Positions 26,964-39,339 of a stretch of DNA of 64,000 bases are shown here, piece after piece (the first letter of the stretch is position 1; each line of letters begins with the position of its first letter). Under the pieces are notes generated by a model. It was not told where the DNA came from. It ran no database searches and saw only the letters and a list, made by a program, of their open reading frames with translations. Source of the DNA: Casimicrobiaceae bacterium (GTDB lineage Bacteria > Pseudomonadota > Gammaproteobacteria > Burkholderiales > Casimicrobiaceae); contig DATILY010000019.1 in NCBI GenBank assembly GCA_035475895.1, positions 4,722 to 68,721 of the forward strand, given 5' to 3'. A program made the position numbers and the translations under genes.

Positions 26964-27841
26964 GCCGCGCCAGTCCCGCAGCGTGGTGGTTCGTCGCACC
27001 CGCGCTGGTCGTCATCGCGGTGTTCTTCGTGCTGCCGGTGCTTGCAGGCCTGGCGCTCAGCTTCACCGATTTCGATCTCTACGCGCTCGCCGACGTCGGC
27101 AATCTGCGCCTCGTCGGCCTGCGCAATTACCTGCGCCTTCTGCAAGACCCGCTGTTCTGGCAGGCGCTCGGCAACACGTTCTATTTCGTCGTCGTCGGGG
27201 TCCCGCTGTCCATCGGTGCGTCGCTCGGCGCCGCCCTGCTGCTGCACTCTCCGCTCGCACGGTTCAAGGGCTTCTTTCGCACCGCGCTGTTCACGCCGGT
27301 GGTCACCACGCTGGTCGCCGTCGCCGTCATCTGGCGCTATCTGCTGAGCACGCGCTACGGCATGCTCAATTACGTCCTCGCGGCAGTCGGCATCCCGCCC
27401 GTTGACTGGCTCGGCGATCCGCACTGGGCCATGCCCGCCATCATCCTGTTCGCCGTGTGGAAGAGCTTCGGCTACAACATGGTGATCCTGCTCGCCGGCT
27501 TGACCAGCATTCCGCAGGACCTCTACGAGGCCGCGCGCGTGGACGGCGCGTCCGCTGCGAGCCGCTTCCGCCACGTCACCCTGCCGATGCTGGGACCGAT
27601 CCTCGCAATGGTCGCGATCCTGACCATCGCGGGCTACTTCCAGCTCTTCGCCGAGCCGTACGTCATGACCCAGGGCGGTCCGCTGCAAAGCACGGTGAGC
27701 GTCCTGTATTTCATGTACGAGGAAGGATTCAAGTGGTGGAACCTCGGATCGGCTTCGGCAGTGGCATTCCTGCTGTTCCTGCTGATCTTCGCCGTCACCG
27801 CGGTGCAGGCGCGGCTTGCGCGCCGAAGCGTTGCGGCATGA
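26960..27841 (+). CDS. Sugar ABC transporter permease
   Basis: TTG start overlapping upstream stop; EAA motif LYEAARVDGAS; multiple TMs. Confidence 0.92.
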   Translation: MSRASPAAWWFVAPALVVIAVFFVLPVLAGLALSFTDFDLYALADVGNLRLVGLRNYLRLLQDPLFWQALGNTFYFVVVGVPLSIGASLGAALLLHSPLARFKGFFRTALFTPVVTTLVAVAVIWRYLLSTRYGMLNYVLAAVGIPPVDWLGDPHWAMPAIILFAVWKSFGYNMVILLAGLTSIPQDLYEAARVDGASAASRFRHVTLPMLGPILAMVAILTIAGYFQLFAEPYVMTQGGPLQSTVSVLYFMYEEGFKWWNLGSASAVAFLLFLLIFAVTAVQARLARRSVAA

Positions 27842-28659
27842 AGCGGGGGGACGCGCGCCTGCTGGTCAACGGCACGCTCGTCGTGCTGACGGCGGTGACG
27901 CTCTTTCCGCTGGCATGGATGGCGGCCGTTTCGCTCATGAGCCCAGGCGAAGCGAGCACCTATCCGCCGCCGCTCGTTCCGGGCCGCGCCACCCTCGACA
28001 ACTATCGCGAGCTCTTCGCGCGCGCCGGCATGGGCCGCTACCTGGCGAACAGCGTCATGCTCGCGTGCAGCGTGACGGCGGTCTCGCTGCTCTTCAATGT
28101 CGCCGCGGGCTATGCGTTCGCCAAGCTGCGGTTCCGCGGCCGCACCGGCCTGTTCAACCTGATGCTGGGGGCGCTGGTGATCCCTTCCCAGGTGGCGATG
28201 GTGCCCCTCTTCCTGCTGCTGAAGCAGCTCGGTCTCGTCAACAGCTATGGCGGCGTGATCGTGCCTGCGATGGCCTCCATCTTCGGCATCTTCCTCGTGC
28301 GCCAGTACGCGCTGTCGATTCCCGACGACCTGCTCGACGCCGCGCGCATCGACGGGGCGAGCGAGCCGCGCATCTTCGGCCTCATCGTGGTGCCCGTCCT
28401 CAAGCCCATCATCGTGACGCTCGCCGTATTCACGTTCCTCGGGACGTGGAACGACTTCATGTGGCCGCTCATCGTGCTGTCCGACAACGACCTGTACACG
28501 CTGCCCGTCGCGCTCGCGAGCCTGTCGCGCGAGCACGTCGCGGACAACGAGCTCATGATGGCGGGGGCGGTCGTGACCACGCTGCCGGTGCTCGTCATCT
28601 TCATCGCGTTGCAGCGCTATTACGTGGCGGGCCTGATGGCAGGAAGCGTCAAGACATGA
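27838..28659 (+). CDS. Sugar ABC transporter permease
   Basis: ATGA overlap; LLDAARIDGASE, WNDFMWPLIV. Confidence 0.92.
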   Translation: MKRGDARLLVNGTLVVLTAVTLFPLAWMAAVSLMSPGEASTYPPPLVPGRATLDNYRELFARAGMGRYLANSVMLACSVTAVSLLFNVAAGYAFAKLRFRGRTGLFNLMLGALVIPSQVAMVPLFLLLKQLGLVNSYGGVIVPAMASIFGIFLVRQYALSIPDDLLDAARIDGASEPRIFGLIVVPVLKPIIVTLAVFTFLGTWNDFMWPLIVLSDNDLYTLPVALASLSREHVADNELMMAGAVVTTLPVLVIFIALQRYYVAGLMAGSVKT

Positions 28660-31600
28660 CGGCGCGCCCATGGCCCGCGTGCCGAGGCTGGGTGCGCACG
28701 GCAACGGCGCTCGTCGCGCTGCTGCTGGGCACCCTCGCGGGCAGCGCCTTCTGCCAGGCCCCTTCGTTCCCGTGGCGCGTGCTCGATCCATTCGACGACC
28801 TGGCGCTATGGAAAGCGTCTGCGTCGGACGGCGTGCACGCGGCGATCCACGCCGGCGCCGGCGTCGACGGCCTTGCGCTGCGACTCGACTTCGACCTGGG
28901 TGGCACCGCCGGCTACGCGCTCGCTTCGCGGCCGCTCGCGCTCGACCTGCCCGCCAACTACGAGATTGCATTCGACTTGCGCGCCGACGCTGCGGTCAAC
29001 GACTTCCAGGTAAAGCTGGTCGACGCGAGCGGCGAGAACGTGTGGTGGTACAGGCGCGCCAACTTCAGCTTTCCACGCGAATGGCAGCACGTCACCATCA
29101 AGAAGCGGCAGATCGAGTTCGCCTGGGGACCGACGCAGGACCGCGTGCTCACGCATGCGGCACGGCTCGAGTTCGTCGTCGCAGCCGGCACCGGCGGCGG
29201 CGCCGGCTCGATCTACATCAGCCACCTGACGCTGCGCGAGCGTGCGCCAGAGCCGGCGGCCTGGGACGCGCCCGCGGTGGAAGCCTCGTCGGCGCTGCCT
29301 AACGCGCCGCCCGCCCATGCCGTCGATGGAAAGCCGGACACCGCATGGCGCAGCGATCCTTCGACGGGCGCCGAGCAACGCATGACGCTCGATTTCGGCC
29401 GGCCGCGCGAATTTGGCGGCCTGGTGTTGCGCTGGCGGCCCGGCGCGCATGCGTCACGCTACGACGTCCAGCTCTCCGACGACGGGCAGCAGTGGCGCAC
29501 GGTGCGCAGCGTCGTCGCGGGCCGCGGCGGCGTCGATGGCGTGCTCACGTCGGAGGCCGAGGCCCGCTATGTGCGCCTTGCATTGCACGACGGTCCCCTC
29601 CACGCGTACGGGCTCGCCGACGTCGAGATTCGCGATCTCGCGTTCGGCGCATCCGCCAATGCGTTCTTCGAGGCGATGGCGCACGAATATCCGCGCGGCT
29701 ATTTCCCCCGCGGCTTCTCCGGCGAGCAATCGTACTGGACGATCGTGGGCATCGACGGAGGCAGCGACACCGGATTGTTGTCCGAGGACGGTGCGCTGGA
29801 AGTCGCCAAGGGCGGGTTTTCCATCGAGCCGTTCGTGCGCACCGGTGCGCGCGTCGTCGGCTGGGCCGACGTCGACCCGCGCCAATCGCTGCAGGAGGAT
29901 TACCTGCCCATCCCGAGCGTGACGTGGCAGCGCAAGGCGTGGAGCCTGCGCGTGACCGCGTTCGCGTCGGGCATCCACGCCGAGTCGCGCCTCTTCGCTC
30001 GCTACGAAGTGCGCAATCTGACCGCGCGGCCGCAGTCGCTCGAGCTCGTGCTCGCCATCCGGCCCTCGCAGGTCAATCCTCCCGCACAGTTCCTCAACGC
30101 GCCCGGTGGCGTGGCCGCGATCGGCGACATCGCGTGGCAGGATGGCGCGCTCACCATCAACGGCAAGCGTGCGGTGTATCCGCTCATGCGGCCGCAACGC
30201 GTCGGCGCGTTCGCGTTCGACAGCGGTCCGATCCGCAAGGTGATCGCGGCACGTCGATGGGCGGGCCCCCAGCAGGTGCACGACGCATTCGGGTACGCCT
30301 CGGCGGCGCTCGCGTATCCGCTTCACCTGGCGCCTGGAGCCACCGCGACCGTCGCGCTGGCCATGCCGCTGTCGGGCCGCAGAACGCCGCCCGTGATGGC
30401 CGGTGTCGCGCCGCACGCGTGGATCGACCATGAGCAGGGCGCGGTGGCCGCGCTGTGGCGCGAAGCGCTCAACGGTGTGCATCTCACCGTGCCGCTGCCG
30501 GCGCAGCCACTCGCGAACACGCTGCGCACGGCGCTTGCGCACGTGCTGATCACGCGCGATGGGCCGATCCTGCGGCCCGGCACCCGGGCTTATGCACGCT
30601 CGTGGATTCGCGACGGCGCCATGATGGGCGATGCGCTGCTGCGCGTGGGCCGGGGCGAGGTCGCGGCGGATTTCCTGCGCTGGTACGCGCCTTACCAGTT
30701 CGCCAGCGGCAAGGTGCCGTGCTGCATCGACCAGCGCGGCGCCGATCCGGTGCCCGAGAACGACAGCGCAGGCGAGTTCGTGTTCCTCACCAGCGAGATC
30801 TACCGGTACACCCACGACCGCACGCTGATCGCGCGCCTGTGGCCGCGCGTGCAATGGGCGATGCGCTACCTGGACCGGCAGCGGCAATCGGAGCGCACGC
30901 CGGCCAACGCCGCCGCGCCGGGTCTTCTCTACGGCCTGCTGCCCGCCTCGATCAGCCACGAAGGCTACGCCGCCAAGCCGATGCATTCGTACTGGGACGA
31001 CCTGTGGGCGCTGAAGGGCTACAACGCAGCGATCGACATCGCCGATGCGCTCGGCGAGACGAGCCAGGCGCAGACCTGGCGGGAGCAGCGCGCGCAATTC
31101 GTGCGCGACTTGCACGCGTCGCTGCTCGCATCCACCACTGCCCACGGCATCGACTACCTGCCCGGCGCGGCGGAGCTCGGCGATTTCGACCCCGCTTCGT
31201 CGACGATCGCATTGGCGCCCGCAGGCGACCTCGAGCCCATCCCGGCGAAGCTGATCGCGCCGACGTTCGAGCGGTACTGGCGCGAGTTCGTGGAGCGGCG
31301 CGATGGTCGCAGGATGTGGGAGGACTACACGCCGTACGAGCTGCGCACCGTGGGCAGCTTCGTGCGGCTCGGCTGGCGCGACCGTGCGCAGGAGCTGCTC
31401 GCGTTCTTCATGGCGGACCGCCGGCCGGCGGCATGGAACCAGTGGGCCGAGGTCGTGGGGCGTGAGGCACGCAAGGTGCGCTTCGTCGGCGACATGCCGC
31501 ACGCGTGGATCGCCTCCGATTACATGCGCGCCGTGCTGGATCTGTTCGCCTACGAGCGCAGCAGCGACGACGCGCTGGTCATTGCGGCCGGCATTCCGGC

Positions 31601-31889
31601 TGCGTGGCTCGCCGGCCGCGGCATCGCGGTGTCGGGATTGTCCACTCCCTACGGAGCGCTCGGCTACTCGCTGCGGCAGGAGGGCCCGCGCACGCTTCTG
31701 CACGTCGACGCGGGCGTGCGACCGCCCGCAGGCGGTATCGTATTGCCCTGGCCCGGGCGCGGCGCGCCGGGCGCGACCACCATCAACGGCAAGCCCGCGG
31801 CATGGCGCGAGGGCGAGTTGCACATCGCCGAGCTTCCCGCCGACGTGGTCGTCCAGGCGCCCACCCCCAGCCCACGAGCCAAGCGATGA
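28656..31889 (+). CDS. Exported multidomain glycoside hydrolase: CBM-like + F5/8 type C (discoidin) + six-hairpin catalytic domain
   Basis: Signal peptide; AVDGKPDTAWRS...LDFG...YDVQLSDDGQQW discoidin domain; GTRAYARSWIRDGA and HSYWDDLWALKG in a helical C-terminal domain. Confidence 0.75.
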   Translation: MTARPWPACRGWVRTATALVALLLGTLAGSAFCQAPSFPWRVLDPFDDLALWKASASDGVHAAIHAGAGVDGLALRLDFDLGGTAGYALASRPLALDLPANYEIAFDLRADAAVNDFQVKLVDASGENVWWYRRANFSFPREWQHVTIKKRQIEFAWGPTQDRVLTHAARLEFVVAAGTGGGAGSIYISHLTLRERAPEPAAWDAPAVEASSALPNAPPAHAVDGKPDTAWRSDPSTGAEQRMTLDFGRPREFGGLVLRWRPGAHASRYDVQLSDDGQQWRTVRSVVAGRGGVDGVLTSEAEARYVRLALHDGPLHAYGLADVEIRDLAFGASANAFFEAMAHEYPRGYFPRGFSGEQSYWTIVGIDGGSDTGLLSEDGALEVAKGGFSIEPFVRTGARVVGWADVDPRQSLQEDYLPIPSVTWQRKAWSLRVTAFASGIHAESRLFARYEVRNLTARPQSLELVLAIRPSQVNPPAQFLNAPGGVAAIGDIAWQDGALTINGKRAVYPLMRPQRVGAFAFDSGPIRKVIAARRWAGPQQVHDAFGYASAALAYPLHLAPGATATVALAMPLSGRRTPPVMAGVAPHAWIDHEQGAVAALWREALNGVHLTVPLPAQPLANTLRTALAHVLITRDGPILRPGTRAYARSWIRDGAMMGDALLRVGRGEVAADFLRWYAPYQFASGKVPCCIDQRGADPVPENDSAGEFVFLTSEIYRYTHDRTLIARLWPRVQWAMRYLDRQRQSERTPANAAAPGLLYGLLPASISHEGYAAKPMHSYWDDLWALKGYNAAIDIADALGETSQAQTWREQRAQFVRDLHASLLASTTAHGIDYLPGAAELGDFDPASSTIALAPAGDLEPIPAKLIAPTFERYWREFVERRDGRRMWEDYTPYELRTVGSFVRLGWRDRAQELLAFFMADRRPAAWNQWAEVVGREARKVRFVGDMPHAWIASDYMRAVLDLFAYERSSDDALVIAAGIPAAWLAGRGIAVSGLSTPYGALGYSLRQEGPRTLLHVDAGVRPPAGGIVLPWPGRGAPGATTINGKPAAWREGELHIAELPADVVVQAPTPSPRAKR

Positions 31890-33259
31890 ACAGCATGCAC
31901 AACGCCATCGAATTTCCACCACAGTTCCTGTGGGGCGCGGCAACGTCGGCCTACCAGGTCGAAGGGTCTCCGCTGGCCGACGGCGCCGGTCCGAGCATCT
32001 GGCAGCGCTTCTGCCACACGCCCAACCTGGTTCGCGACGGCGACACGGGCGACGTCGCATGCGATCACTACCGGCGCTATCGCGACGACGTCGCGCTGAT
32101 GGGTACGCTCGGCCTGAAGGCGTATCGCTTCAGCATCGCGTGGAGCCGCATCCTTCCGGCCGGTCGCGGTGCCGTCAACCCGAAAGGGCTCGACTTCTAC
32201 GAGCGCCTCGTCGATGCGCTGCTCGCGCAGGGCATCGAGCCGATGGCGACACTGTTTCACTGGGATCTGCCCGCGGCACTCGACGATCGCGGCGGGTGGC
32301 TCAACCCCGACGTCGCGGGTTGGTTCGCCGACTATGCGGCCGTCGTGTTCCGCAAGCTCGACGATCGCATCAAGCTGTGGGCGACGCTCAACGAGCCGTG
32401 GGTCGTGACCGACGGAGGCTACCTGCACGGCGCGCTCGCACCCGGCCATCGCAATCGCTTCGAGGCGCCGATCGCCTCCCACCAGCTGCTGCGCGCGCAT
32501 GGTGCCGCGGTATCCGCTTATCGCGCGCTGGGCAGGCACCGCATCGGCATCGTGGTGAACCTGGAGCCCAAATATCCGGCATCGAGCGATCCGGCCGACC
32601 TCGCGGCGACGCAGCGCGCCGATGCGTACATGAATCGGCAGTACCTCGATCCCGTGCTGCTGGGCAGCTACCCGCCGGAGCTGCAGGAGATCTTCGGCGA
32701 AGCGTGGCCGGCGTGGCCGGCCGATGAGCTTGCCTCGATCAGCCAGCCCATCGACTTCGTCGGCATCAACTATTACACGCGCAACGTGACGCGCTTCGAT
32801 GCCACGGCGTGGCCGTTGCGCGCGTCGGCCGCCCGGCAGAAGCTCGCGACGTACACCGAAACGGGCTGGGAAGTGTTTCCGCAGGCGCTCACCGACCTGC
32901 TCGTGCGCGTGAAGGAGCGCTACGGGAATCCGCCGATCTACATCACCGAGAACGGCGCGGCGTTCTTCGACCCTCCGGTTGCCACCCAGGGGCGTGTCAA
33001 CGACCCGTTGCGAGTCGATTACCTGCGCGGCCACGTGACCGCCGTGCACGCGGCAATGGCCGCCGGCGCGGACGTGCGCGGCTACTTCGCCTGGTCGTTG
33101 CTGGACAACTTCGAATGGTCGCTCGGCTACTCCAAGCGCTTCGGGATCGTGCACGTCAACTTCGACGACCAGACGCGCACCGTGAAGGACAGCGGCCGCT
33201 TCTACGCCAGGATCATCCAAACCCGCGGCCGGGTGCTGAACGAGGCCGCGCAGGGCTAG
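31886..33259 (+). CDS. GH1 beta-glucosidase
   Basis: [19 protein letters not shown] (acid/base), YITENG (nucleophile), WSLLDNFEW. Confidence 0.95.
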   Translation: MNSMHNAIEFPPQFLWGAATSAYQVEGSPLADGAGPSIWQRFCHTPNLVRDGDTGDVACDHYRRYRDDVALMGTLGLKAYRFSIAWSRILPAGRGAVNPKGLDFYERLVDALLAQGIEPMATLFHWDLPAALDDRGGWLNPDVAGWFADYAAVVFRKLDDRIKLWATLNEPWVVTDGGYLHGALAPGHRNRFEAPIASHQLLRAHGAAVSAYRALGRHRIGIVVNLEPKYPASSDPADLAATQRADAYMNRQYLDPVLLGSYPPELQEIFGEAWPAWPADELASISQPIDFVGINYYTRNVTRFDATAWPLRASAARQKLATYTETGWEVFPQALTDLLVRVKERYGNPPIYITENGAAFFDPPVATQGRVNDPLRVDYLRGHVTAVHAAMAAGADVRGYFAWSLLDNFEWSLGYSKRFGIVHVNFDDQTRTVKDSGRFYARIIQTRGRVLNEAAQG

Positions 33260-33309
33260 GCGTTCGGCCGGCCCGCGCGCGCGTCTGGTCGCGCTGCGGC
33301 AAAGACGCT

Positions 33310-36300
33310 ATGCTAAAGCCCGGCGAAGTGCTCTCCAGGGCGATGGAATACGCGCAGCAACCGGGCGATACGTCTGACGAGAACACGCTGCGCGCGCTGC
33401 ACGAGCGCCTTCGCGTGACGCAGGCCAGCCTTCAGGCCGTGCGCGAGCACTACGACACGGCGATGGGGGTTCTCAACGAGAGCTTCTATCGATGGGACAT
33501 CGCGCACGACTGCATCTTCTATTCGGAGAACATGCAGCGGGTGCTTGGCCTGCCACCCGAGCTGCTCACCAGCGTCGATGACTGGACGGTCCGGATTCAT
33601 CCGGATGATCGATCGCCGTACGCCAGCGCGCTCGTTGCGCATCTGAAGGGCTCCACCGAGCGCTTCAAGTGCGAGTATCGCTTCAAGGGATACGACGGAA
33701 CGTGGAGATGGGCGCGCCATCACGGAATGGCCGCACGCGATGCAGCCGGACGCGCGGTACGCATGATCGGTTCCATCGGCGACATCACCGAGCTCAAGCA
33801 GCGCGAGTCCGAGCTCGCGCACAAGACGAGCGTCCTCGAGACCACGCTCGAGAACATCGACCAGGGCATCACGATGGTCGACGCCGACTTGCGCACGATC
33901 GCGCTGAACCGGCGCTACCTGCAGCTGCTCGATCTGCCGGCTGATCGCTTCACCGTCGGATTCCACCTGGCGGATGCGTTCCGGTTCAATGCGCTCCGCG
34001 GCGAATACGGTCCCGGGGACGTCGAAGACATGGTGCGCGAGCGCATGGAAGTCGCGCGCCGCCTCGGACCCCACGCGGTCGAGCGTACGCGCCCGGACGG
34101 AAGTGTCATCGCGATCCACGGAAAGCCGCTTCCCGGGGGCCGCGGCATGGTGTCCACGTACACGGACGTGACCGAGCAGCGCCGCATCGAGGATGGGCTG
34201 CGCAAGAGCGAGGAGCGCTACGCTCTCGCCACCTCGGCGGCGGTCGAGGGCATCTACGAATGGGATGTGGCGGCGGGCACGCTGTTCCTGACGGACCGGG
34301 CCAAGGAATTCTTCTCGTTCTCCGGCGACACGCTCACTCCGGCCGAATGGAACGCGCGCGTGCATCGCGACGATTTCAAGCGGTACCGCCAGGCGCTGGT
34401 CGCGCACTTCAAGGGCCGCAACCGGATTCTGGAGCTCGAGTACCGCATCGCGGACGGCAGCGCGGGCTACAAATGGGTGCTCGATCGCGGCGTGGCGGTG
34501 CGCGGCGCCGACGGGCGGGTCACCAAGCTCGTCGGTGCGCTCAGCGACATCACCGAGCGCAAGCTGGTCGAGCTCGAGCTGCGGCGCGCGCGGGATGCCG
34601 CGGAAGGCGCGTTGCGGGTGCAAACGGCCACGGCGCAGATCCTGTCCGTCATCAACAGCTCGCCCAGTGCGCTGGCGCCGGTCTTCGACGTCATCCTCGA
34701 ACGCGCGAGCGCATTGTGCGACGCCGACATCGGTCTCGTGTTTCGCGACGACGGCATGCGGCTGCGCCTTGCGGCGTCGAGCGGTCTCGACGCGCATCAG
34801 CTGGCCGCCTCCGAAGCGGCACTGGGCCCGTCGAACCTCGAGGCGCTGCGTTCGGCACTGCGGCACGGAGCAGCCGAGGAGGTCTTGGCGCACGAGGCCG
34901 GCCCGGGCGCTGCTGCGCCTGCCTGGGAGGCATTGCGGCAAAGGACCGCCAAGCTGCTGGACGTGCCCACGCTGCTCGTGGTTCCGTTCGTGAAGGGCTC
35001 GGCGTTCCTCGGCGCGCTGGTCATCGCCCGTCGTCGGGACCAGCCGTTTTCAGGCGAGCAGGCGGCGGTGCTTCGCACGTTCGCGGCCCAGGCGGCGATC
35101 GCCATCGACAACGCGCGCCTCTTCAACGAGATCCGTGAATCGCTCGAGCAGCAGGAGGCGGCAGCCGAGGTGCTTGGCGTGATCAGCCAGTCGATCGCGG
35201 ACACCGGGCCGGTGTTCGACAAGATGCTGGAAAGCTGCCAACGGCTCTTCGCAGGCCGGATCGTCGGCTTGAACCTGATCGGCAACGACGGGCTCCTGCA
35301 TATCGGCGCATTTCATGGCTCGGGTCGCGCCGAGCTCGAGCGGGTGTTCCCGCTCCGGGTCGCGGAGGAATCGGGATCCGGCCTCGCGATCATGACGCGG
35401 CGCGTGGTGAACTACCCGGACGTCGAGGGGGGCCCGGAGGTCCCACCGCCGACGAAGAAGGGTTGTGCGGCCATCGGCGTCAAATCGGTCATCTTTGCAC
35501 CCATGCTGTGGGAAGGACGCGGTGTCGGCGTGATCTTCGTCGGCCGCGATTACGTCAGCTCGTTTTCCGACCGCGAGATCGCGCTGCTGAAGACGTTTGC
35601 CGATCAAGCGGCCATCGCCATCGAAAACGTCCGGCTGTTCAACGAGATCCAGGAGAAGAGCCGACAGCTCGAGGTCGCCAACCGTCACAAGTCGGAGTTC
35701 CTCGCCAACATGTCGCACGAGCTTCGCACGCCGCTCAACGCGATCATCGGCTTCACGCGCATCGTCATGCGCCGGTCGCAGGAACGCCTGGAGCACAAGC
35801 AGTACGAGAACCTCGAGAAGATCCTGACGAGCGGCCAGCATCTGCTCGCGTTGATCAATGCCATCCTGGACCTTGCCAAGGTGGAAGCGGGGCGAGTCGA
35901 CATCAATGCGCGCGACGCGCAACTCGGCGCAATGCTCGAGGACGCGATGCGCACCATCGAGCCGCTCGTCAAGCGTGACACGACCCTGGTCAAGCGGTTC
36001 GACGGCGAGCTGCCCACCATGCTCGTCGACGACGAGAAGCTGTTGCAGATCCTGATCAATCTGTTGAGCAACGCGGCGAAGTTCACGCCAGCAGGCCGGA
36101 TCGAGGTGCGCGCCGCCGTGGTCGACGCGGCGGTCGAGATCGCCGTCGTGGATACGGGAATCGGCATCCCTGCAGATAAGCTCGACTCGATCTTCGAGGA
36201 ATTCGAGCAGGCGGATCCGAGGAGCGCGCGCGTCTACGGCGGCACCGGCCTCGGCCTCGCGATCTCGCGGCGTCTCGCCCGGTTGATGCAGGGCGACATC

Positions 36301-36369
36301 CGGGTCACGAGCACGCCAGGCGACGGCTCGACGTTCACGCTGAGGCTGCCGTTGCGCTACGGCGCCTGA
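33310..36369 (+). CDS. Cytoplasmic PAS-PAS-PAS-GAF-GAF histidine kinase
   Basis: PAS repeats (IHPDD..., VHRDD...), two GAF segments ending QAAIAIxNxRLF, [34 protein letters not shown]. Confidence 0.92.
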   Translation: MLKPGEVLSRAMEYAQQPGDTSDENTLRALHERLRVTQASLQAVREHYDTAMGVLNESFYRWDIAHDCIFYSENMQRVLGLPPELLTSVDDWTVRIHPDDRSPYASALVAHLKGSTERFKCEYRFKGYDGTWRWARHHGMAARDAAGRAVRMIGSIGDITELKQRESELAHKTSVLETTLENIDQGITMVDADLRTIALNRRYLQLLDLPADRFTVGFHLADAFRFNALRGEYGPGDVEDMVRERMEVARRLGPHAVERTRPDGSVIAIHGKPLPGGRGMVSTYTDVTEQRRIEDGLRKSEERYALATSAAVEGIYEWDVAAGTLFLTDRAKEFFSFSGDTLTPAEWNARVHRDDFKRYRQALVAHFKGRNRILELEYRIADGSAGYKWVLDRGVAVRGADGRVTKLVGALSDITERKLVELELRRARDAAEGALRVQTATAQILSVINSSPSALAPVFDVILERASALCDADIGLVFRDDGMRLRLAASSGLDAHQLAASEAALGPSNLEALRSALRHGAAEEVLAHEAGPGAAAPAWEALRQRTAKLLDVPTLLVVPFVKGSAFLGALVIARRRDQPFSGEQAAVLRTFAAQAAIAIDNARLFNEIRESLEQQEAAAEVLGVISQSIADTGPVFDKMLESCQRLFAGRIVGLNLIGNDGLLHIGAFHGSGRAELERVFPLRVAEESGSGLAIMTRRVVNYPDVEGGPEVPPPTKKGCAAIGVKSVIFAPMLWEGRGVGVIFVGRDYVSSFSDREIALLKTFADQAAIAIENVRLFNEIQEKSRQLEVANRHKSEFLANMSHELRTPLNAIIGFTRIVMRRSQERLEHKQYENLEKILTSGQHLLALINAILDLAKVEAGRVDINARDAQLGAMLEDAMRTIEPLVKRDTTLVKRFDGELPTMLVDDEKLLQILINLLSNAAKFTPAGRIEVRAAVVDAAVEIAVVDTGIGIPADKLDSIFEEFEQADPRSARVYGGTGLGLAISRRLARLMQGDIRVTSTPGDGSTFTLRLPLRYGA

Positions 36370-36373
36370 TCCG

Positions 36374-36725
36374 GTGAAGACCATCCTGATCGTCGAGGAC
36401 GTCGAGCTCAACCGCGAGCTGCTGATCCAGTTGCTCGAGGATCGTTACCGGCTGCTCGTCGCCGAGGACGCCGAGAGGGCCATCGAGCAGGCCAGCCACG
36501 AAGCCCCCGACCTGATCCTCATGGACCTGTCCCTGCCCGGCATGGACGGCTGGGAGGCGACGCGCAGGCTCAAAAGCGACCGCATCCTGCATCGCATCCC
36601 CATCGTCGTGTTGTCGGCCCACGCCATGCGCACGCACGAGCAGCGCGCCCGTGAGAGCGGCTGCGACGCATTCCTCACCAAGCCGGTTGACGAGGCGCTC
36701 CTGTACCGCACGCTGGACCGATATC

Positions 36726-36736
<11 letters not shown>
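36374..36736 (+). CDS. Single-domain response regulator (CheY/DivK-like)
   Basis: ILIVED, LILMDLSLPGMDG, FLTKP; GTG start. Confidence 0.9.
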
Positions 36737-38117
<1,381 letters not shown>

Positions 38118-38120
38118 CGC

Positions 38121-38231
38121 GCCGCATTGCGCGGCAGCCACCGTCGCATGCGACGGTTCCGCTGCATGTGGCGGCGTCGGGCGCCTCCCCGCGATTCGCA
38201 ACCACCTGATCCGCCGCAGAAATGTGGCCGG
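38121..38231. promoter_or_regulatory. Candidate upstream activator sequences (palindromes) for the sigma54 activator
   Basis: GCCGC-attgc-GCGGC (38121), perfect 16-bp palindrome CCGTCGCATGCGACGG (38141-38156), CCGCtgcatgtgGCGG (38159) and related CCGCCGCAgaaaTGtGGCcGG (38211). Confidence 0.45.
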
Positions 38232-38239
38232 CCGCACGC

Positions 38240-38255
38240 TGGCACGGCCGCTGCA
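38240..38255 (+). promoter_or_regulatory. Sigma54 (-24/-12) promoter
   Basis: TGGCACGGCCGCTGCA: exact GG-N10-GC spacing, near-consensus TGGCAC-N5-TTGC. Confidence 0.8.
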
Positions 38256-38314
38256 TTAGGAGACCCGCCGCGCCATCACGCGCGACCTTGAAACACGACA
38301 GGAATGCGGATCCG

Positions 38315-39163
38315 ATGAAAACGAATTTGTCAGCAGTCGATACGGTGACTCATGCCAGTGCGACCGTCGTTTGCCTGCATGCTTCGGGAAGCTCGGCGCG
38401 CCAATGGAATGGCCTGATCGAACGCATGGGCCATCGCGCTCGCGTCGTCGCGCCCGACTTCTACGGGCATGGCGAAGCGCCGACGTGGAATCAGCCGCGT
38501 CCGCTGACGTTGCGTGACGAAGCTTCGCGGGTGTTGCGCCTTCTCGCTGGCTCGAGCCGGCCGGTCCACCTGATCGGCCATTCATACGGCGGTGCCGTGG
38601 CGCTTCACATCGCCCTCGAGCTGCCGGAGCGCGTTGCCAGCCTCACGCTCTACGAGCCGGTGCCCTTCGCGACCTTGTTTGCGTACGACGCGAAGAACCC
38701 GGCAGCAGCCGAGGTGCGGAGCCTCGCCGACGGGATCGACCGTTCGCTCGGAACGGGGCACATCGAAGCGGCAGCGGAACGATTCGTCACGTACTGGTCC
38801 GGCGTCGAGGCATGGCGTGGCTTGACCGGACCGCAAAAGACCACGATCGCCTCCCGCATGCCGGCAATCGATCGCCACTTCAAGGCGCTCGCCGCCGACA
38901 CGGCGAGACTCGACCATTATCGGCAACTCGGCATGCCGACGCTGCTCCTGGCGGGCGCGCGAACCAAGGCATCGACGCGCCGGCTGACCGAATTGCTGTC
39001 CTACGGGTTGCCTGCCGTGCTGACGCAGACGCTCGACGGGCTCGACCACATGGGACCCGTGACGGCGACCGCCATGGTCAACGACCGCATCGAGCCGTTC
39101 CTCGCGCAACAGATCTCGTCCGTGCCCGAATCGGCGCGCCATCTGAGGAGCGCCGCGGCGTGA
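38315..39163 (+). CDS. Alpha/beta hydrolase
   Basis: LHASGSS, GHSYGG nucleophile elbow, C-terminal DHMGP. Confidence 0.88.
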   Translation: MKTNLSAVDTVTHASATVVCLHASGSSARQWNGLIERMGHRARVVAPDFYGHGEAPTWNQPRPLTLRDEASRVLRLLAGSSRPVHLIGHSYGGAVALHIALELPERVASLTLYEPVPFATLFAYDAKNPAAAEVRSLADGIDRSLGTGHIEAAAERFVTYWSGVEAWRGLTGPQKTTIASRMPAIDRHFKALAADTARLDHYRQLGMPTLLLAGARTKASTRRLTELLSYGLPAVLTQTLDGLDHMGPVTATAMVNDRIEPFLAQQISSVPESARHLRSAAA

Positions 39164-39339
39164 CCACCGATCTCATGACGCGACCACGCTCGCGATCGAA
39201 ACGCCCTGGCATTGCGCCGCATACGGATCCGAACGGCGTGGGCTCGCGTTCAGCCGTCGATGCCTGGTCCATGCACGCTGCCGGGGCAAACGGCTTCGGC
39301 GAAGCAATGACGTCTTCATCCACACTTGGGAGAACCACC

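Noticed and set aside
39205-39225. Second sigma54 promoter (TGGCATTGCGCCGCA) before the di-iron gene
   Set aside because: GG-to-GC spacing is 9 rather than the required 10 nt.
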